Shown: positions 39,205 to 53,429, counted from the first letter of the stretch. The stretch: 64,000 nt of DNA from Malacoraja senta (GCA_038087875.1 CM076001.1:1056001-1120000), one strand, 5' to 3'. The notes: generated by a model not told the origin, from the letters alone. Numbers and translations are program-made.

Positions 39205-40760
39205 CTAGAATATAGTTTAAATAAAGTAAATGATAAATTACCTCATTATGTAATCAAGCATTGTAAATAATTGAATCAACAGTATTAGGAAAAGGCTCCA
39301 GGGGCTGAATGGACCATTTTGTCCCCATGTTCCTACTTTTCTCTTTGTTACATTTGGAATACTATAAAAATCAGAGCGGCACTGCTGCATAACCACGTAA
39401 GGGTGCATCGTTTAGCACAGGAATTTTCCCACTTGCCTGGGCTCTGCTGTCTTTGTAAATGAGTAGGTGTTTCACATGAGCATGGACATAGAATGACAGG
39501 CAGATGTGATGCATGTGATAAAATCATTCCAAATGGGAACCAGGATTGAATTTTTCTGGAGTGAAGTGACTATAATTACTTTATTATTTTAATTACACCT
39601 ATACTTCTAGCATATTAGTTTCTTCATTCGGATACAGTGCACGGTAGTCTATACTGAAGGATGTCACAAGGGGGATTATGAAAGCTCTGGGAGCAAGACT
39701 ATGCTCACTTTAACCCCTGAACTGGATAAGCTATCAGTAATCCATTCAAAACTAATCAAACATTTACACACTGTGCGAAATGGTGGCACACAGGGTGGGA
39801 AACAATTCATCATCTTCATACACTCATTACACTTATACCATCTCAATATAACTATGCAAATTAGACAGGGGACTTGACATCAGGTCCGTGTACACAAATT
39901 ATAAACAAATATTCATCCATTACACTGCAAAAATTAAACAGCTGAAGCACTAACACTAGATGAACTCCAAGCCCTGTTTGTCAATTATTTATGAACCCAA
40001 ACTGACAGGACTGTCTACATGAATTAGCAGCATATGCCAAGGTTTGTTATAAATCCCAGTCTACTGTAAAACTCATTTTCATAAAATGTATGTACATGGC
40101 TGACAATATATCAACAGTTCTGGATAAATAATTTATTAGAATGATGCCATGAGAGCACACAGATACTTTGCATTAGAGTAAAAGTGCCAAGTGGTGATTA
40201 TATGAAAACTATATTTTCCTTAATTTTCCAACTTCTTTCAGTTACATCTTAAATCAGTACCAAAATGCTCAATAAGGACTGAGATATGGTTATTGCAAGA
40301 AACATTATAGCATGGAAATTGATCACAACTTTTGAAGGATGTCTAGAATTTAACTGAGATTTGAAATATGTCCTCTACTAATTAACAGTTATGTGTCCAA
40401 TAAATGGCTGCAAATAAAAATCATAATTTAAATATGACCAAGATTTTTAAAGTAATGTACAAATGTACTGTAGAATGTTATGATTATATATACGTCTATA
40501 TGAACTACTGAGTGGTAGATACATTGTACATTATTAATGCTCACAAAATCATGAAACATTCCTTTCTGTTGTTTATTTGAATTATGTAATTTGGTCCAGA
40601 ACATTCCTTGATTATTATTCATATTAAACACAAAGACTTAGATGTAACAAACCATGCATATTGCCCAGACCGTAACAACAGATGAGCATCTGAGATTCAG
40701 ACTTAATTAAACTGAGCAATTCAAAACCAAAGGTTTCCTGTTTAAAAGATTTGAGCCTTA

Positions 40761-41420
40761 AGGGCCTGTCCCACTTAGGCAATTTTTTTCGGCGACTGCC
40801 AGCGACTGTCACAGTCGTGGCAGGTCGCCGAAAAAGCGGCGACTGGACCCCCCCCCCCTCCACGACAATGTCTATGACAACCTACCACCTAGTCGACGTC
40901 AAGCTACGGCAAGCTACCGAAAACCGGTGACCCAATCATCGTGACTTAGGACGTCCACCTACGACCACACCTACGACAACCTACCACCACACAGGCGACA
41001 ACCTACGACAACCGAAGTAAACCTACGTCCACCCGCGGCAAGCCAAGACAAGGAACGACCCTGTCAGCGACAACTGAAGACACCTACGACAATTCAGTCG
41101 CCGGTACCTGTCGCCGGTTGACGTAGGTAGTCGCCAATGGAATTCACCGAAGTCCGCACCCGACGACAACCAACATCACCTGCCGTCATCCTGCCGACAA
41201 CCTACGACAACCTACAACAGCACCTATGACATGAGAAGACAGGCAACGTCAAGCCCGTCAACGTGAAAGGTTTTGAACATTTCAAAATCCAGCGGCGACA
41301 AGAAAAAAGTTACGACACTTGAGGAGACAACTCACGACAATAAAGGCGTCACCCCGCGACCATGTGGCGACAGCCTATTTTCCGGCTGTCGCTGAAAAAA
41401 TCGCCTGTGGGACAGGCCCT
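40761..41420. mobile_element. PIF/Harbinger-type MITE
   Basis: TTA TSD at 40758-40760 and 41421-41423; perfect 14-bp TIRs AGGGCCTGTCCCAC / GTGGGACAGGCCCT; interior rich in cctacgacaa-type motifs. Confidence 0.9.
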
Positions 41421-42744
41421 TTAGTTTTCCTGACCAGAAACCAAACAAAAAATGATTCTGATAATTAATTGGCAGATTTGATCATAATAGGAAAGTGATC
41501 TGTAAATTGGGATATTCATGATCTTATTGGAGGAGTTCTGTGAGGAACGGATAAATTGAAGGATCTAAAGTGAGTTGGTCAAACCTTAGTCCTGTCTTTA
41601 GCCATTCAAACATGCAAATGCAGTACCAGGAAAAGCTGAAAAAAATATTATTTTGGGAAGAGGATTGGCTTGGCTTAAAAAATTGAGTTAGGCTTGGCTT
41701 AAAAAATACACTATACTAAGGTTGTCTGTCCTTCTCTCTTCACTGTGTAGAAATATTTCATTGTTTGGTGTCAATATCCGATGAGGTCACTTAATGTCTT
41801 TCACCTATCAGCCTTTGGCTGTAAATACTCCTTCAATTCGTTCTAAGAAATTAAGAAAGGCATTCACTTTCTGCCTTCGGCAACTATAAATAACAATGTA
41901 AAATTGACCTTAGTAATCCATTTTACTGATTTTGATTAAGGTATAATTATTGCTCAACTCACCTGAGATAACCCCTACTTTTCTTCAAAAGAGGTCTGCG
42001 AGAGGGCATACTGGACACAAGTTTAACAATTATCTGAAAGACAAATGATGGATTATGTTCGGGGCTACTGCAAGAATGATTAGATTATCTCAGTAATAAT
42101 TGTGAACAGATAAATATTGGCCAAGGTATCTTATAGTAGCACAATGGACTTCAAATAATATAGTTGGGAGCTTTAACATCAACCTGAGAGGGAGTCAATT
42201 TAACATCTAATTCAAAGATCATCATACTGACAAGCAGTAGTGTATTGAAACATCATCTTATTGTATGTATTTATGTCTGTGATCAAATAGTAAAAATAAT
42301 AGCAATAGTGGAGGTTATAGGGATATAAGGATGTTGTTCTGTACTGTAGAACACTGAAATGTAGTAGCCAGGGATAAAAATACATTAAAAAGACTAATGT
42401 AATGTTAACCATCATAAGGGAAGAGCAGTAACACCCTAGTAAGTGCACTTTGTGGACCACTGTATATAGTACCATGGCCATTTCACTTTTCAATGGGGAT
42501 CTCACATTTCTTCAAGGAGACCCTGAGCAAATTTATGAACATCTCCCTCTGCCTTCTGGTAATCTCTTTCCATGACAGAGTCGTTTGAGAAGCTAGTGTC
42601 AGGCATGTAAATGATGTGGTATTTCCAATGTAGCTGACAGAGTGTCATTTGGCTTTCAATATTTGAGATTTTGTTTCTTTTATACTGCCATTGAATTAAG
42701 CGGATTTTGAAGAGACAGCATTGGAGATAATTTTCCAGTATTTC

Positions 42745-43765
42745 GAGATGTGGAGTTTAATGCAGATGAGTGTGAGGTGTTGCATTTTGGGAAGTCAAAA
42801 CATGACAAGACCTTCACTGTAACTGGCAGGTCTCTGGGGAATGTTGTAGAGCAGAGAGATCTAGGAGTGCAGGTACACTGTTCTTTGAAATTAGTGTCAT
42901 TGATAAAAATACATCTCTTGATGCTCCTGAACACATCATCAATGATGTAACCTGGGGTCATTGGGTGTTTCGGGTCTTTCAACATCAGACACCTTCGCCC
43001 AGGTGACCCAGCCGTGGTTGATCAGACCACGACTTGTGTTCAGGTGGCATTCGCTCCTCCCCATGGACCTCCTATCCTGATCCAGAGCCATCTCGAGTCT
43101 TTCTCTGCTCCCTCTGTGGTGTTCTTGAGGTGGTCAAGAAGGCTTTCGGCATATTGGCCTTCATCAGTTCGGGTACTGAGTATAGAAGTTGGGATGTTAT
43201 GTTACAGTTATACGAGACGTTGGTGAGGCCACATTTGAGGTATTGTGTTCAGTTCTGGTCACCCTGCTGTTGGAAAATGTTAAGCTGGAAGGAGTTCAGA
43301 GGTTTACAAGTTTGTTGTCAGGACTTGATGGCCTGAGCAATAGGGAGAAGCTACGCAGGCTTTCTTGGAGCAGAGAAGGATGAGGGGTGTTTTTTTTTTA
43401 AGGTGTATAAGATCATGAGGGGTACTGATAGGGTGGATGCACACAGTCTTTAGTACAAAGTGAGGAAGGCAAGAATCAGAGGACATACTGTAGGTTTAAA
43501 GTGAGAGGGGAGAAATTTAATAGGATCTTGAGGGGCAACCTTTTCACACAGACAGTGGTGGGTATATGGAATGAGCTGCCAAAGTGGATAGTTGAGGCAG
43601 GTACTATAACAACATTTAAAAGACATTTGGACAGGTACATGGATAGGAAAGATTTAGAGGGATATGGGCCAAAGGCTGGCAGTTTGGTCTAGTGTAAATG
43701 GGGCACCTTGGTCGACATGGGTATTTTGAGCTGAAAGGTCTGTTTCCATGCTGTATGATTCTATG
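42745..43765 (+). mobile_element. Degenerate CR1 LINE 3' portion, interrupted at ~42905-43128
   Basis: MEFNADECEVLHFG, LVRPHLRYCVQFWSP and WNELP motifs; (ctatga)n-like tail. Confidence 0.85.
42905..43128 (-). mobile_element. 3' end of a restriction-like-endonuclease LINE (Hero/R2-group-like)
   Basis: Minus-strand translation TTEGAEKDSRWLWIRIGGPW...*, followed by a 3' UTR (gtctgatgttgaaagacccgaaacacccaatgaccccagg) that matches my recollection of fish Hero elements. Confidence 0.55.
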
Positions 43766-43769
43766 ACTA

Positions 43770-44080
43770 TAGATTTTAGAATTTACTTTAGACTTTAGAG
43801 ATACGAAGTGGAAACAGACCCTTTGGCCCATGGAGTCCTCACCGACCAGTGATCACCTGTACACTAGCACTATCCTACACACTGGGGGAAATTTACAACT
43901 TTTTTTTACAGAAGCCAATTAACATACAAACCTACACATCTTTGGAGTGTGAGAGGAAACCAGAGCAACTGGGAAAAACCCACGCAGTCACAGGCAGAAC
44001 ATACAGACAGCCCCATAGTCGGGATCGAACCCTGGTCTCTGGCGCTGTAAGGCAGCAACTCTACCACTGTGCTATCCACT
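43770..44080 (-). mobile_element. tRNA-derived SINE (V-SINE/HE1-like)
   Basis: Minus strand has A-box-like gtggtagag and B-box gggttcgatccc, with a (tctaaag)n tail; second copy at 62052-62333. Confidence 0.75.
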
Positions 44081-44149
44081 GTGTCTTCCAGGTTTCAGAA
44101 GCATCTCAAAGTCCACGGATCAATTCTTTAATTGATGTCTGGCAACGGT

Positions 44150-45647
44150 CCCCAAGTCCCTGAAGACAGCTGCCATAGTGCCGGTGCCGAAAAAGTCTAA
44201 AGTAACCAACCTGAATGACTACCGCCCGGTTGCCCTAACTCCAATACCAGTGAAGTGCTTTGAAAGGCTGGTCCTCTCTCACATCAAATCCAGCATCCCT
44301 GCCTCACTGGACTCTCATCAATTTGCATACAGGGCAAATAGATCCACAGAGGATGCCATCTCTCTGGCTCTTCACACTGTCCTGACTCATCTGGAAAGAC
44401 AGGGCACGTACGTGAGGATGCTCTTCATAGACTATAGCTCTGCCTTCAATACGGTCATCCCCACCAAGCTCACCACCAAACTCCATCAGCTAGGCCTCAG
44501 CTCGCCGATATGCGATTGGATCCTGAATTTTCTGACGGAGCGACCGCAGGCAGTGAGACTGGGCCCGCACCTGTCCTCCACTATCACCCTGAGCACCGGT
44601 ACACCACAGGGCTGTGTACTGAGCCCCATGCTCTATTCCCTCTTCACACACAACTGTGTTCCTGCATTCGACACCAACACCATCGTCAAGTTTGCAGACG
44701 ACACAACGGTGATCGGGCTGATCACCAACGGTGATGAAACAAAATACAGAGCGGAGGTGCAGAACCTGGCGGACTGGTGCTCACGTAACAACTTGTCACT
44801 AAACACCTCCAAGACCAAGGAGCTGATTATCGACTTCAGGAGGTCACTGAATGGGGAATACGCCCCAATCTCCATCTACGGGGACAGTGTGGAGAGAGTG
44901 TCCAGCTTTAAGTTGGACACTCCACAGAAATTTAAGTTTCTGGGCACTCACATCTCAGAGGACCTCACATGGTCCACCAACACCGCTGCGCTGGTCAAAA
45001 AGGCACAGGAACGACTGTTCTTCCTGAGAACATTGAAAAGGACTGGTCTGCCCCAACAGCTGCTGACAACCTTCTACCGCTGCACGACAGAGAGCATACT
45101 AACGTATGGCATCTCTGTGTGGTATCTCAGCTGCACGGAGGCGGAGAGGAGAGCTCTTCAGCGCGTCGTCCACAGAGTGCAGAAGATTATTGGGACACCG
45201 CTACCAGCCTTGGAGGGCATCTACCACACATGGTGCCTCAGGAAGGCCGTCAGCATCCACAAAGACTCCTCACACCCTTGTAATGGACTGTTCGAACTAC
45301 TTCCTTCCGGCAGACGTTACAAGGCCTTCTACGCCCGCACCTCCAGACTCAGGAACAGCTTCATTCCCAGAGCTATAGCAGCTCTGAACCGTCCCTGCTG
45401 AGTGCCCCCCCCCCCCCCCATGAACTGTCTCCCTCGGATGGTCGCGTCGCACAGACACACCTGCACTTTAGTCTGTTTTGACTGTTTTACTGTTTTAATG
45501 TTCTTTTTACAAACCATGTTCTCGGGGTATCTAAATCTAAATTTTATTAGTTATTTAAGTTATGACATCGGATGGAAGCTGCATACCCTAATTTCTTTGC
45601 ACTTATGTGCAATTACAATAAAAGATATTATTATTATTATTATTATG
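44150..45647 (+). mobile_element. 5'-truncated Rex1/Babar LINE with an open RT frame (44178-45401)
   Basis: [27 protein letters not shown] and KFADDT motifs; AATAAA plus (TTA)n tail. Confidence 0.93.
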
Positions 45648-46899
45648 TCTGAGGTTTTGATATTCAAATACCATTTTTTTCAATCAACCAAAGGCTGTGT
45701 TCACACATTGAGGGTGTGATGTATTTCATCATTTTCATCTACATTTGTCAAGAGGTGGATCCCACTGTGTGGAAAACAGTCTACAGAAACATTAGGAAAT
45801 GTGAAATAATGTGCCTACAAACTGTAATGTTAACTCTGTTTCTTTTTCCACAGATGTTGGCACAATCTGTCGAGTATTTCCAATATTTTCTGTTTTTATT
45901 TCTGATTTCCAGTATTTAGTTTTTGATTTTCAAAATATACAAACAAAGGTTTGTAAGATGTTTATGATTGATTAAGTAGTTCTCATGTGCTATAATGCTG
46001 TTTTGTTTACCTGTTTGCTCAAGTGTTAAGCTGCAAAAATAGCAATTCTCACCAATCTTCCTACTCGGCATTCATGCAATGGAAGTGAAATGTGCATGCA
46101 ATAACCACTTTACCATTAAAGTGTTCAGTGCACTTTGCATTAGAATTGTGCGCATGTACTATGCATGTAAGTTTGTAGTCCTTTGGGTCCAAATAAGCTG
46201 GTACAATTGAGTCCAATTTTCAATTCCAATGTTCATTATTCTGCAAGCATTTGTTTGGAACTGGATGCCTATGCCCACTGATTTGGAATTGACAGGGCTG
46301 AGTGATATGAATTCTGTATTCCATTTTCTTGGGAAGTTAAATTCATTATTTTCTACTTGTCACTAAAATTGGCCAAGAATCATAAAATACTGTGGTCCAG
46401 AGGAACATTTTTCACCTCAAAATTCCTAAGCTAGTTCTTTGAAAGAGTTATTGATTTACAGTTTCCAGCTCCTCTCCGTATTTCTGCAAATTTTCAAATT
46501 CCTCGGGCAGTTATTGAATCTGCTACGATCAACTTTTTGAGCAGTATATTCCCGATACAAACAGCTTACTGTATTCTTTCCCTTCATAGAGTCATAGAGC
46601 CCAGAAAGGCCCATCAGCCTTATCACCCATGCCGACCATGATGCCCCTTCTACACTAGTTCCTGCCTTCCCATGTTTGGTCCATATCCTTCCAATTCTTT
46701 CCTATCCATGTACAGTAACTGTCCAAATGGCTCCACATGTTAATATGCAAATTATCTTAAATCTCAGTCATCTGGTTACTGCCAATTCTGGAACTGGGAA
46801 CAATTTCTTATTTGCTCCACAAAAATGTGTTCATTTTGATGATCTCTTGATGATCAAGATTTTGAACATCTCTTTCACATCTGTAATTTTCTCTGTTGA

Positions 46900-47372
46900 G
46901 AACGAGGAGCTGTGGTCTGCGGAGCCTCCAGCTGACTTTAACATCGCGGAGGCCTGGGATCTTTTGCCGAGGTCGCCACTGTTGGAGCTCCGCCCAGCTC
47001 GGCCTGTGGACTTTGGGAGCCGTGGTCTCCGGTAGGAAGCAGCCGATTCGGAAACTCCAAGCCGCTGAGAGTGTTCTTCTGACGCCGGAGTACCATCATC
47101 CGGTGAGAGGGCCTGAAACATCGGCCGTCCATAGTGGCGACTGCGGAGGACTCAAATAGGCCCTGACCACGGGTGAACAAGAGGAAGAGGACTGAACTTT
47201 TATTGCCTTCCCTCACAGTGGGAAACGTTGATTCCGCTGTGGGGGATGTTTTATGTTTTATGTTGAATTCTATAGTGTTGTGTTTATCTTAATTGTGTGC
47301 TGCATGGTAACTCAAATTTCACTGCACCAATTGGTGTATGTGACAATAAATTTCCTTTGTCCTTTGTCTTTG
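46900..47372 (+). mobile_element. GC-rich non-autonomous retroposon, copy 3
   Basis: Shared core gaacttt...ccttccctcacagtgggaa; AATAAA plus (cctttgt)n tail. Confidence 0.65.
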
Positions 47373-47504
47373 TTCTAAAAAAAAACAAGCCTAGTTTCCT
47401 TTGCCTATCCACTTAACTGCAATCATTCATCCCCAGTTCCATTGTAATCAATTTTCTCTTTATCGTATCAAATGGTCAGATGTTCTTTCAATAGTACTGA
47501 TCAC

Positions 47505-48070
47505 AGTCGCAGAGTTATACAGCACAGAAACAGGATAATAGGTTATAAATAGGATTGAAATGTTACCATATCTGCCTCAACTACTTCCTCTGGCAGCTCT
47601 TTCTATATACCCACCACCCTCAGTGTGAAAAAGTTGCTCCTCAGGTTCTTATTCAAATTTTCCCCTTTCACCTTAAGCCTCTAGTTTTTCATTCCCCTTC
47701 CTTGAAAAAAAAATTCACTCATGATTTTTTGCACCTCTATAATATCACCCCTCAGTTTCCTGCACTGGAAGGAATAGAGTTCAGCCTGCCTGACCTCTCC
47801 TTATAGTTCAGGCCCTCAAATCCAGGCAACATCCTATTAAATTTTCTCTGCACTCTTTCCAGCTTAATGGCATCTTTCCTAACACAGGGTGATCAAAATT
47901 GAACACAATGCTCTAAGTGCAGCCTCATCAACGTCAAGCACAATGGTAACATAATGTCCCAATTTCTATACTAAATTCCTTGACTGATGAAAGCAAGCAT
48001 GCCAAAAGCCTTCTTCAACATCCTATCCACCTACATGTCACTTTCAGGGAGTATGTACTTCTAGATCCCT
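47505..48070 (-). mobile_element. Degenerate CR1 3' fragment (another CR1 tail remnant at ~46585-46730)
   Basis: Reverse-strand similarity to the CR1 at 42745-43765. Confidence 0.65.
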
Positions 48071-48769
48071 CTACAATGTCCAGCACCTCAACTGCAATAG
48101 GACTGTCCTGTGGATGCCACTATCATGTCTGCCTCCACCACCACATCTGGCAACACTTTCCAGGCACCCGCCCTTCTCTTCTGCGAATATGGAGGGCAAA
48201 AGCAGGCACAAAAGAACTGTACCTGTGACAGTGAACGACAAGGCAGGTAGGAGTAAGAAATCCTTGATCAACAGAGAAAGTGAGCCTCTGGAATATTGAG
48301 TCAGACTAATGGCATAACAACTAACTAGAAAAATGAAAATCCTGTACATGCAATATATTTTGCCACTTGATAGATGTATTATATAGGATATTATTCTAGA
48401 TGCAGGGAAGGAAATTAATTGAATTTGAATTCAGGAAAATCAAAGCTTGCTTAATCCATTTGCAATGCAGCTGAGAGCAAATACTCTATCATGATGAAGA
48501 GAGCATCACAAAAGATTGGATCTTTAGGGACCCAATCTTAAGTGGCAGTGACACTTAATGAGACAAAGTTTGGTTGTTGCGATTCAGATCGTATGATGTT
48601 ATGGGAAGGAGCACTGATTTTCCTGTATATAATCTTCAAAAGGACAAATGGCTTGTGAAATATGCATATATTAGAGACAACAGAATTAGATCAAGTGTGT
48701 TGGGAGATGTGAAGCTGATGTTTCCCCAGGCTGAGGTGTTTAGGGCCACGAGTCACAGATTCAACCATG

Positions 48770-51700
48770 AGTCGCATACCTTCAAGGTCGGAAGCGGAAC
48801 GGCAGGTGAAGGAGTGCGGGGATTGGCTGAGAGACAAGCTCTTGGGAGTTTTTTAGTGTTTCTTTTCAGTAGCGGTTGGTTTAAAAACTGGGCGGGACCA
48901 GCCTAGAGCACATACCTTCAAGGTCAGAAGCGGAGCGACAGGTGAAGGGGTGAGTTCGGTGAGTAGCTAATGTTATCCCACTTTTTAAGAAAGGCGGGAG
49001 AGAAAAAACATGAAATTATTGACCAGTTAGTCTGATATCAGTGGTGGGGAAGATGCTGGAGTCAATTATAAAAGATGAAATAGCGGCACATATGGATAGC
49101 AGTAGCAGGATCGGTCTGATTCAGCATGGGTTTACCAAGGGGAAATCATGTTTGACTAATCTTCTGGAATTTTTTGAGGATGTAACTGGGAAATTGGACA
49201 AGGGAGAGCCAGTGGATGTAGTGTACCTGGACTTTCAGAAAGCATTTGATAAGGTCCCACATAGGAGATTAGTGAGCAAAATTAGAGCACATGGTATTGG
49301 GGGTGGGGTACTAACATGGATAGAAAATTGGTTGGCAGACAGGAAACCAAGAGTAGGGATTAACGGGTCCCTTTCAGAATGGCAGGCAGTGACTAATGGC
49401 GTACCGCAGGGCTCGGTTCTGGGACCGCAGCTATTTACAATATACATTAATGATTTAGATGAAGGGATTAAAAGTAACATTAGCAAATTTGCAGATGACA
49501 CAAAGCTAGGTGGCAGTGTGAACTGCGAGGAGGATGCTCTGAGGATACAGGGTGACTTGGACAGGTTGGGTGAGTGGGCAGATGCATGGCAGATGCAGTT
49601 TTTTTTAATTTAATTTTTTTATTTTTTTATTTATTAGAAGTACATTACATTACAACCACATACATTAGTACTCGTCACTTATATCTTCTTACAACTAATG
49701 TACTCCATTTGTTTTTTACACTAGAAAAGGGAAAGGGTGAGATTGGGAGAAAGAAGAAGAAAGTGAAGGAAAAAGTGAAAGTGTAGAAAATGTGACAACA
49801 AGAAAGAATGAACACCCTATAAGAACAAAATTAAAAACAAAAGAAAAAGAGTTAAGAAATAGACCCTAGAAAAGAAAGAGAAAGAGAAAGAGGGAAAAGA
49901 GAAAAACAAATAGTTTTTATGAGCATTACGCAAATGGGACATACCAACTCTCCAACTTTCATCCCCCCTTACCTGACCTCAGGTTTTTTTTTAAGTACCT
50001 TTACACCCTATTTTTGTAATAATTCTATAAATACAGACCACGTCAGGTGGAAGTGATCTGGTTTACCTGCCAGGAGGAGTCTTATCTCTTCTAGGTGTAA
50101 TGTTTCGAACATATTTGAAATCCACATGTTTATAGTTGGTATTGGAGCCTTCTTCCAAAATTTTAGGATTAGCTTTTTTCTGGTTATTAACCCGTAGTCT
50201 TTTGAAACACATTTAGTTCTGGACCATCTTCCGTTATTCCGAAGATAATCCATTCTGCTTTGGATATCAGTTTTATTTTAAATAATTTTGGAAAGATTTC
50301 GAAAATTTCAATCCAAAATTTTTGAATTTTTGTACAGAAAACAAATGAGTGCGCTATAGTAGCTTCTTGGGATTGACATTTATCACAAATGGATGATACA
50401 TTTGGGAAAATTTTATGGATTTTAGTTTTGGAATAATATAATCTATGTAAAATTTTAAATTGTATTAAAGTGTGTCTTACATTAATCGAACATTTATGCA
50501 CGTTTAATAAGTGTTCATTCCACCTTTCCTTTGAAATTTTAATAGCTAACTCTTGTTCCCAGTCTCTTCTGATACCCTCCGTAGATGGTATTTCTACATT
50601 TAAGATAATATTATACAAATATGATATTAAGTTTGCTGATTCAGCTTTTATCTGCATTGCATCATCCAATACATCTGCTGAGCTATGATAATGATCTTTT
50701 GTATATTTTTTCAAATAGTCGCATATTTGAAAATATTTAAAATATTGATTATTTCCGAGTTTATATTTTATTTGTAATTGTTGAAATGAAAGTAATTTTC
50801 CAGTTTCATATAAGTCACCGAACGTTTTAATTCCTAGTCTATCCCAATGTATGAAAGATTTATCTATAGTAGAGGGATTAAACGAAGGGTTATTAACTTT
50901 GGGAGTTAAAGTGATAAATTTCTTAATTTTAAATTTTGTTTCATTTGTTTCCAAATTTGGATTGTGCTATGTATAATTGGGTTCTTATTATAATTTATAT
51001 TATTCAGTTTCATTGGTGAGAGGAGGATCGCTCCAATGTTTCCAGAGGAGCAATCCTCTTTCTCCATTACAATCCAGTCCACTTGCTGGGCAGAGTTATC
51101 CATCAGTTGAATCATATTTTTAATATTTACTGACCAATAATAATACATGAAATTAGGTAGCGCTAAACCCCATAATACTTTAGGTTTATTCAAGTGAGTT
51201 TTTTGTATTCTATGTGATTTATAGTCCCATATAAAATTAGTGATATCTGAGTCCAGTTTTTTTTTAAACTTCTTTGGTAAGTATATAGGAATGGATTGAA
51301 ATAGGTATAAAATTTGTGGTAGAAAGATCATTTTTATTGCATTTATTCGGCATATTAAAGACATCGGGAGCGTTTTCCAAAATTTAATTAGTGTGTTTAA
51401 TTTATTAAGTAGGGGATCAAAATTTGCTTTAAACATACCTTGGTATGTTCTAGTAATTTCGATTCCCAAGTATTTAAATTTTTCTGTAGCTATTTTAAAA
51501 GGGAATTTTAAAAGATGTGTTGAATCTTTCGGTTTTATTGACATAATTTCACTTTTATTCCAATTTATTCTGTATCCAGAAAAAGATCCAAAGTCTTCAA
51601 TTAAATTTAATATATTTGGTATAGTGATTTGAGGTTTTGTAATGTCATCCGCGTATAAAGATATTTTATTATTTGAATCTTTAGTATTATACCCATGGAT

Positions 51701-52866
51701 ATCAGGGTGTATTCTAATTTTTTCTGCTAGCGGTTCAATAATAAGAGCAAACAACTGTGGTGATAATGAGCATCCTTGTCTGTTTCCCCTTGATAGTTGG
51801 AATTTCGAGGATAATATGTTATTAGTTAATATTCTAGCTGTAGGTTTATAATATAATAATTTAATCCATAGAATAAAATTCACTCCCAGTTGGAATTTTT
51901 GTAATACTTTATCCATATAATTCCATTCTACTTGGTCAAATGCTTTTTCAGCATCCAGCGAGATAATTGATAATTCTTGGTTCTTCAGATTTGTGTGAGT
52001 GCATTATGTTGAGTAAACGTCTCATATTGTTAGATGAGTATCTCTTAGGGATAAACCACGGCAGATGCAGTTTAATGTGGATAAATGTGAGATCCACTTG
52101 GCTGGTAAAAACAGGAAGGCAAATTATTATCTGAATGATATCATTAGGAAAAGGGGAAGTACAACGAGATCTGGGGGTTGTTGTTCATCACTCACTGAAA
52201 ATAAGCATGCAGGTACAGCAGGCAGTGAAGAAAGCTCATGGCATGTTGGCCTTCGTACAGGAGCTAAGAGGTCCTTCTGCAGTTGTACAGGGCCCTAGTA
52301 AGAACACACAAGGAGTATTGTGTGCAGTTTTGGTCTCCAAATTTGAGGAAGGAAATTCTTGCTATTGAGGGAATGCAGAGTAGGTTCACAAGGTCAATTC
52401 CCGGGATGTCGGGATTGTCATATGTTGATAGAATAGAGCGGCTGGGCTTGTATACTCTGGAACTTAGACAACTATGAGAGGGGATCTAATTGAAACATAT
52501 AAGATTACTAAGGGATTGGACATGCTAGAGGCAGGAAACATGTTTCCGATGTTTGGGAAATCCAGAACCAGGGGCCACAGTTTAAGAATAAGGGGTAGGC
52601 CTTTTAGAACGGAGATGAGGAAACACTTTTTCACCCAGAGAGTTGTAAATCTGTGGCATTCTCTGCCTCAGAATACAGTGGAGGCCAATTCTCTGGATGC
52701 TTTCAAGAGAGAGTTAGATAGAGCTCTTAAAGATAGCGGAGTCAGGGGATATGGCAAGAAGGCAGGAACGGTGTACCAATTTTGGATGATCAGCCATGAT
52801 CATATTGAATGGTAGTGCTGGCTCGAAGGGCCAAATGGCCTACTCCTGCACCTATTGTCTATTGTG
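48770..52866 (+). mobile_element. CR1 LINE (possible 5' UTR joined to the RT half), split by an L1 insertion
   Basis: RT motifs YLDFQKAFDKVPH, PQGSVLGP and KFADDTK in 49041-49598; resumes at 52060 with MQFNVDKCE; (ctattgt)n tail at ~52851-52866. Confidence 0.9.
49602..52059 (-). mobile_element. 5'-truncated L1 (RT and C-terminal ORF2, frameshifted)
   Basis: 14-bp TSD GGCAGATGCAGTTT at 49588-49601 and 52060-52073; poly(A) plus AATAAA; RQGCSLSP and LYADD motifs; related to the L1 at 7958-14347. Confidence 0.95.
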
Positions 52867-53429
52867 TATTCAGCTATTTGGAGCAGAGTTTAAAAGATAT
52901 TTCTTCACAGAGACAGGATAATTTTTTGGAAACCATTACCCGAGCTCAGTAGCTGAGTGTATTCAAGGCAGAGAATGATAGTTTGTACATTAAGAAAGTC
53001 AAGGGATATGGGGAAAGGAATGAAAATGAGTCTGAAAAATAAGTAATGTTTTATATTCTTAATTGTTCTTGAGCACATTTTTATCAATGGGACACTTCCT
53101 TCAGCTGGTAGACGAGGAGTTACAAAAGATTGACTTTTGATCAAATAAAATATATTGAAATTAACAAAACATTTAGAACAAGAAGTGTTTAAGCAAGATG
53201 TGTATCAATAAGATCTATTAAAATATTCCTTAACATACCACTTGGTGAGCACGAGTATGAAAAGGGTAATAAGGAAGCTGTACTTCAATTAATATTTTTA
53301 ATTCAGGGTAAAATAGTGGTACTAGATGTGTTGTCAACTACACATCAGCAATATGCATTTCACATGTAAAATTTTATTAATGCAGTTTAAAACGTTAATA
53401 TGTCATAGTGAGATAAAGGCCATCAATTC

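Noticed and set aside
41900..42260. Two decayed DeuSINE-like remnants
   Set aside because: Resemblance is from memory only and too degraded to delimit.
53239..53337. Possible additional minus-strand exon (LTTHLVPLFYPELKILIEVQLPYYPFHTRAHQV)
   Set aside because: It has AG and GT boundaries and an open frame, but a poor polypyrimidine tract and no recognisable homology, so chance is a sufficient explanation.
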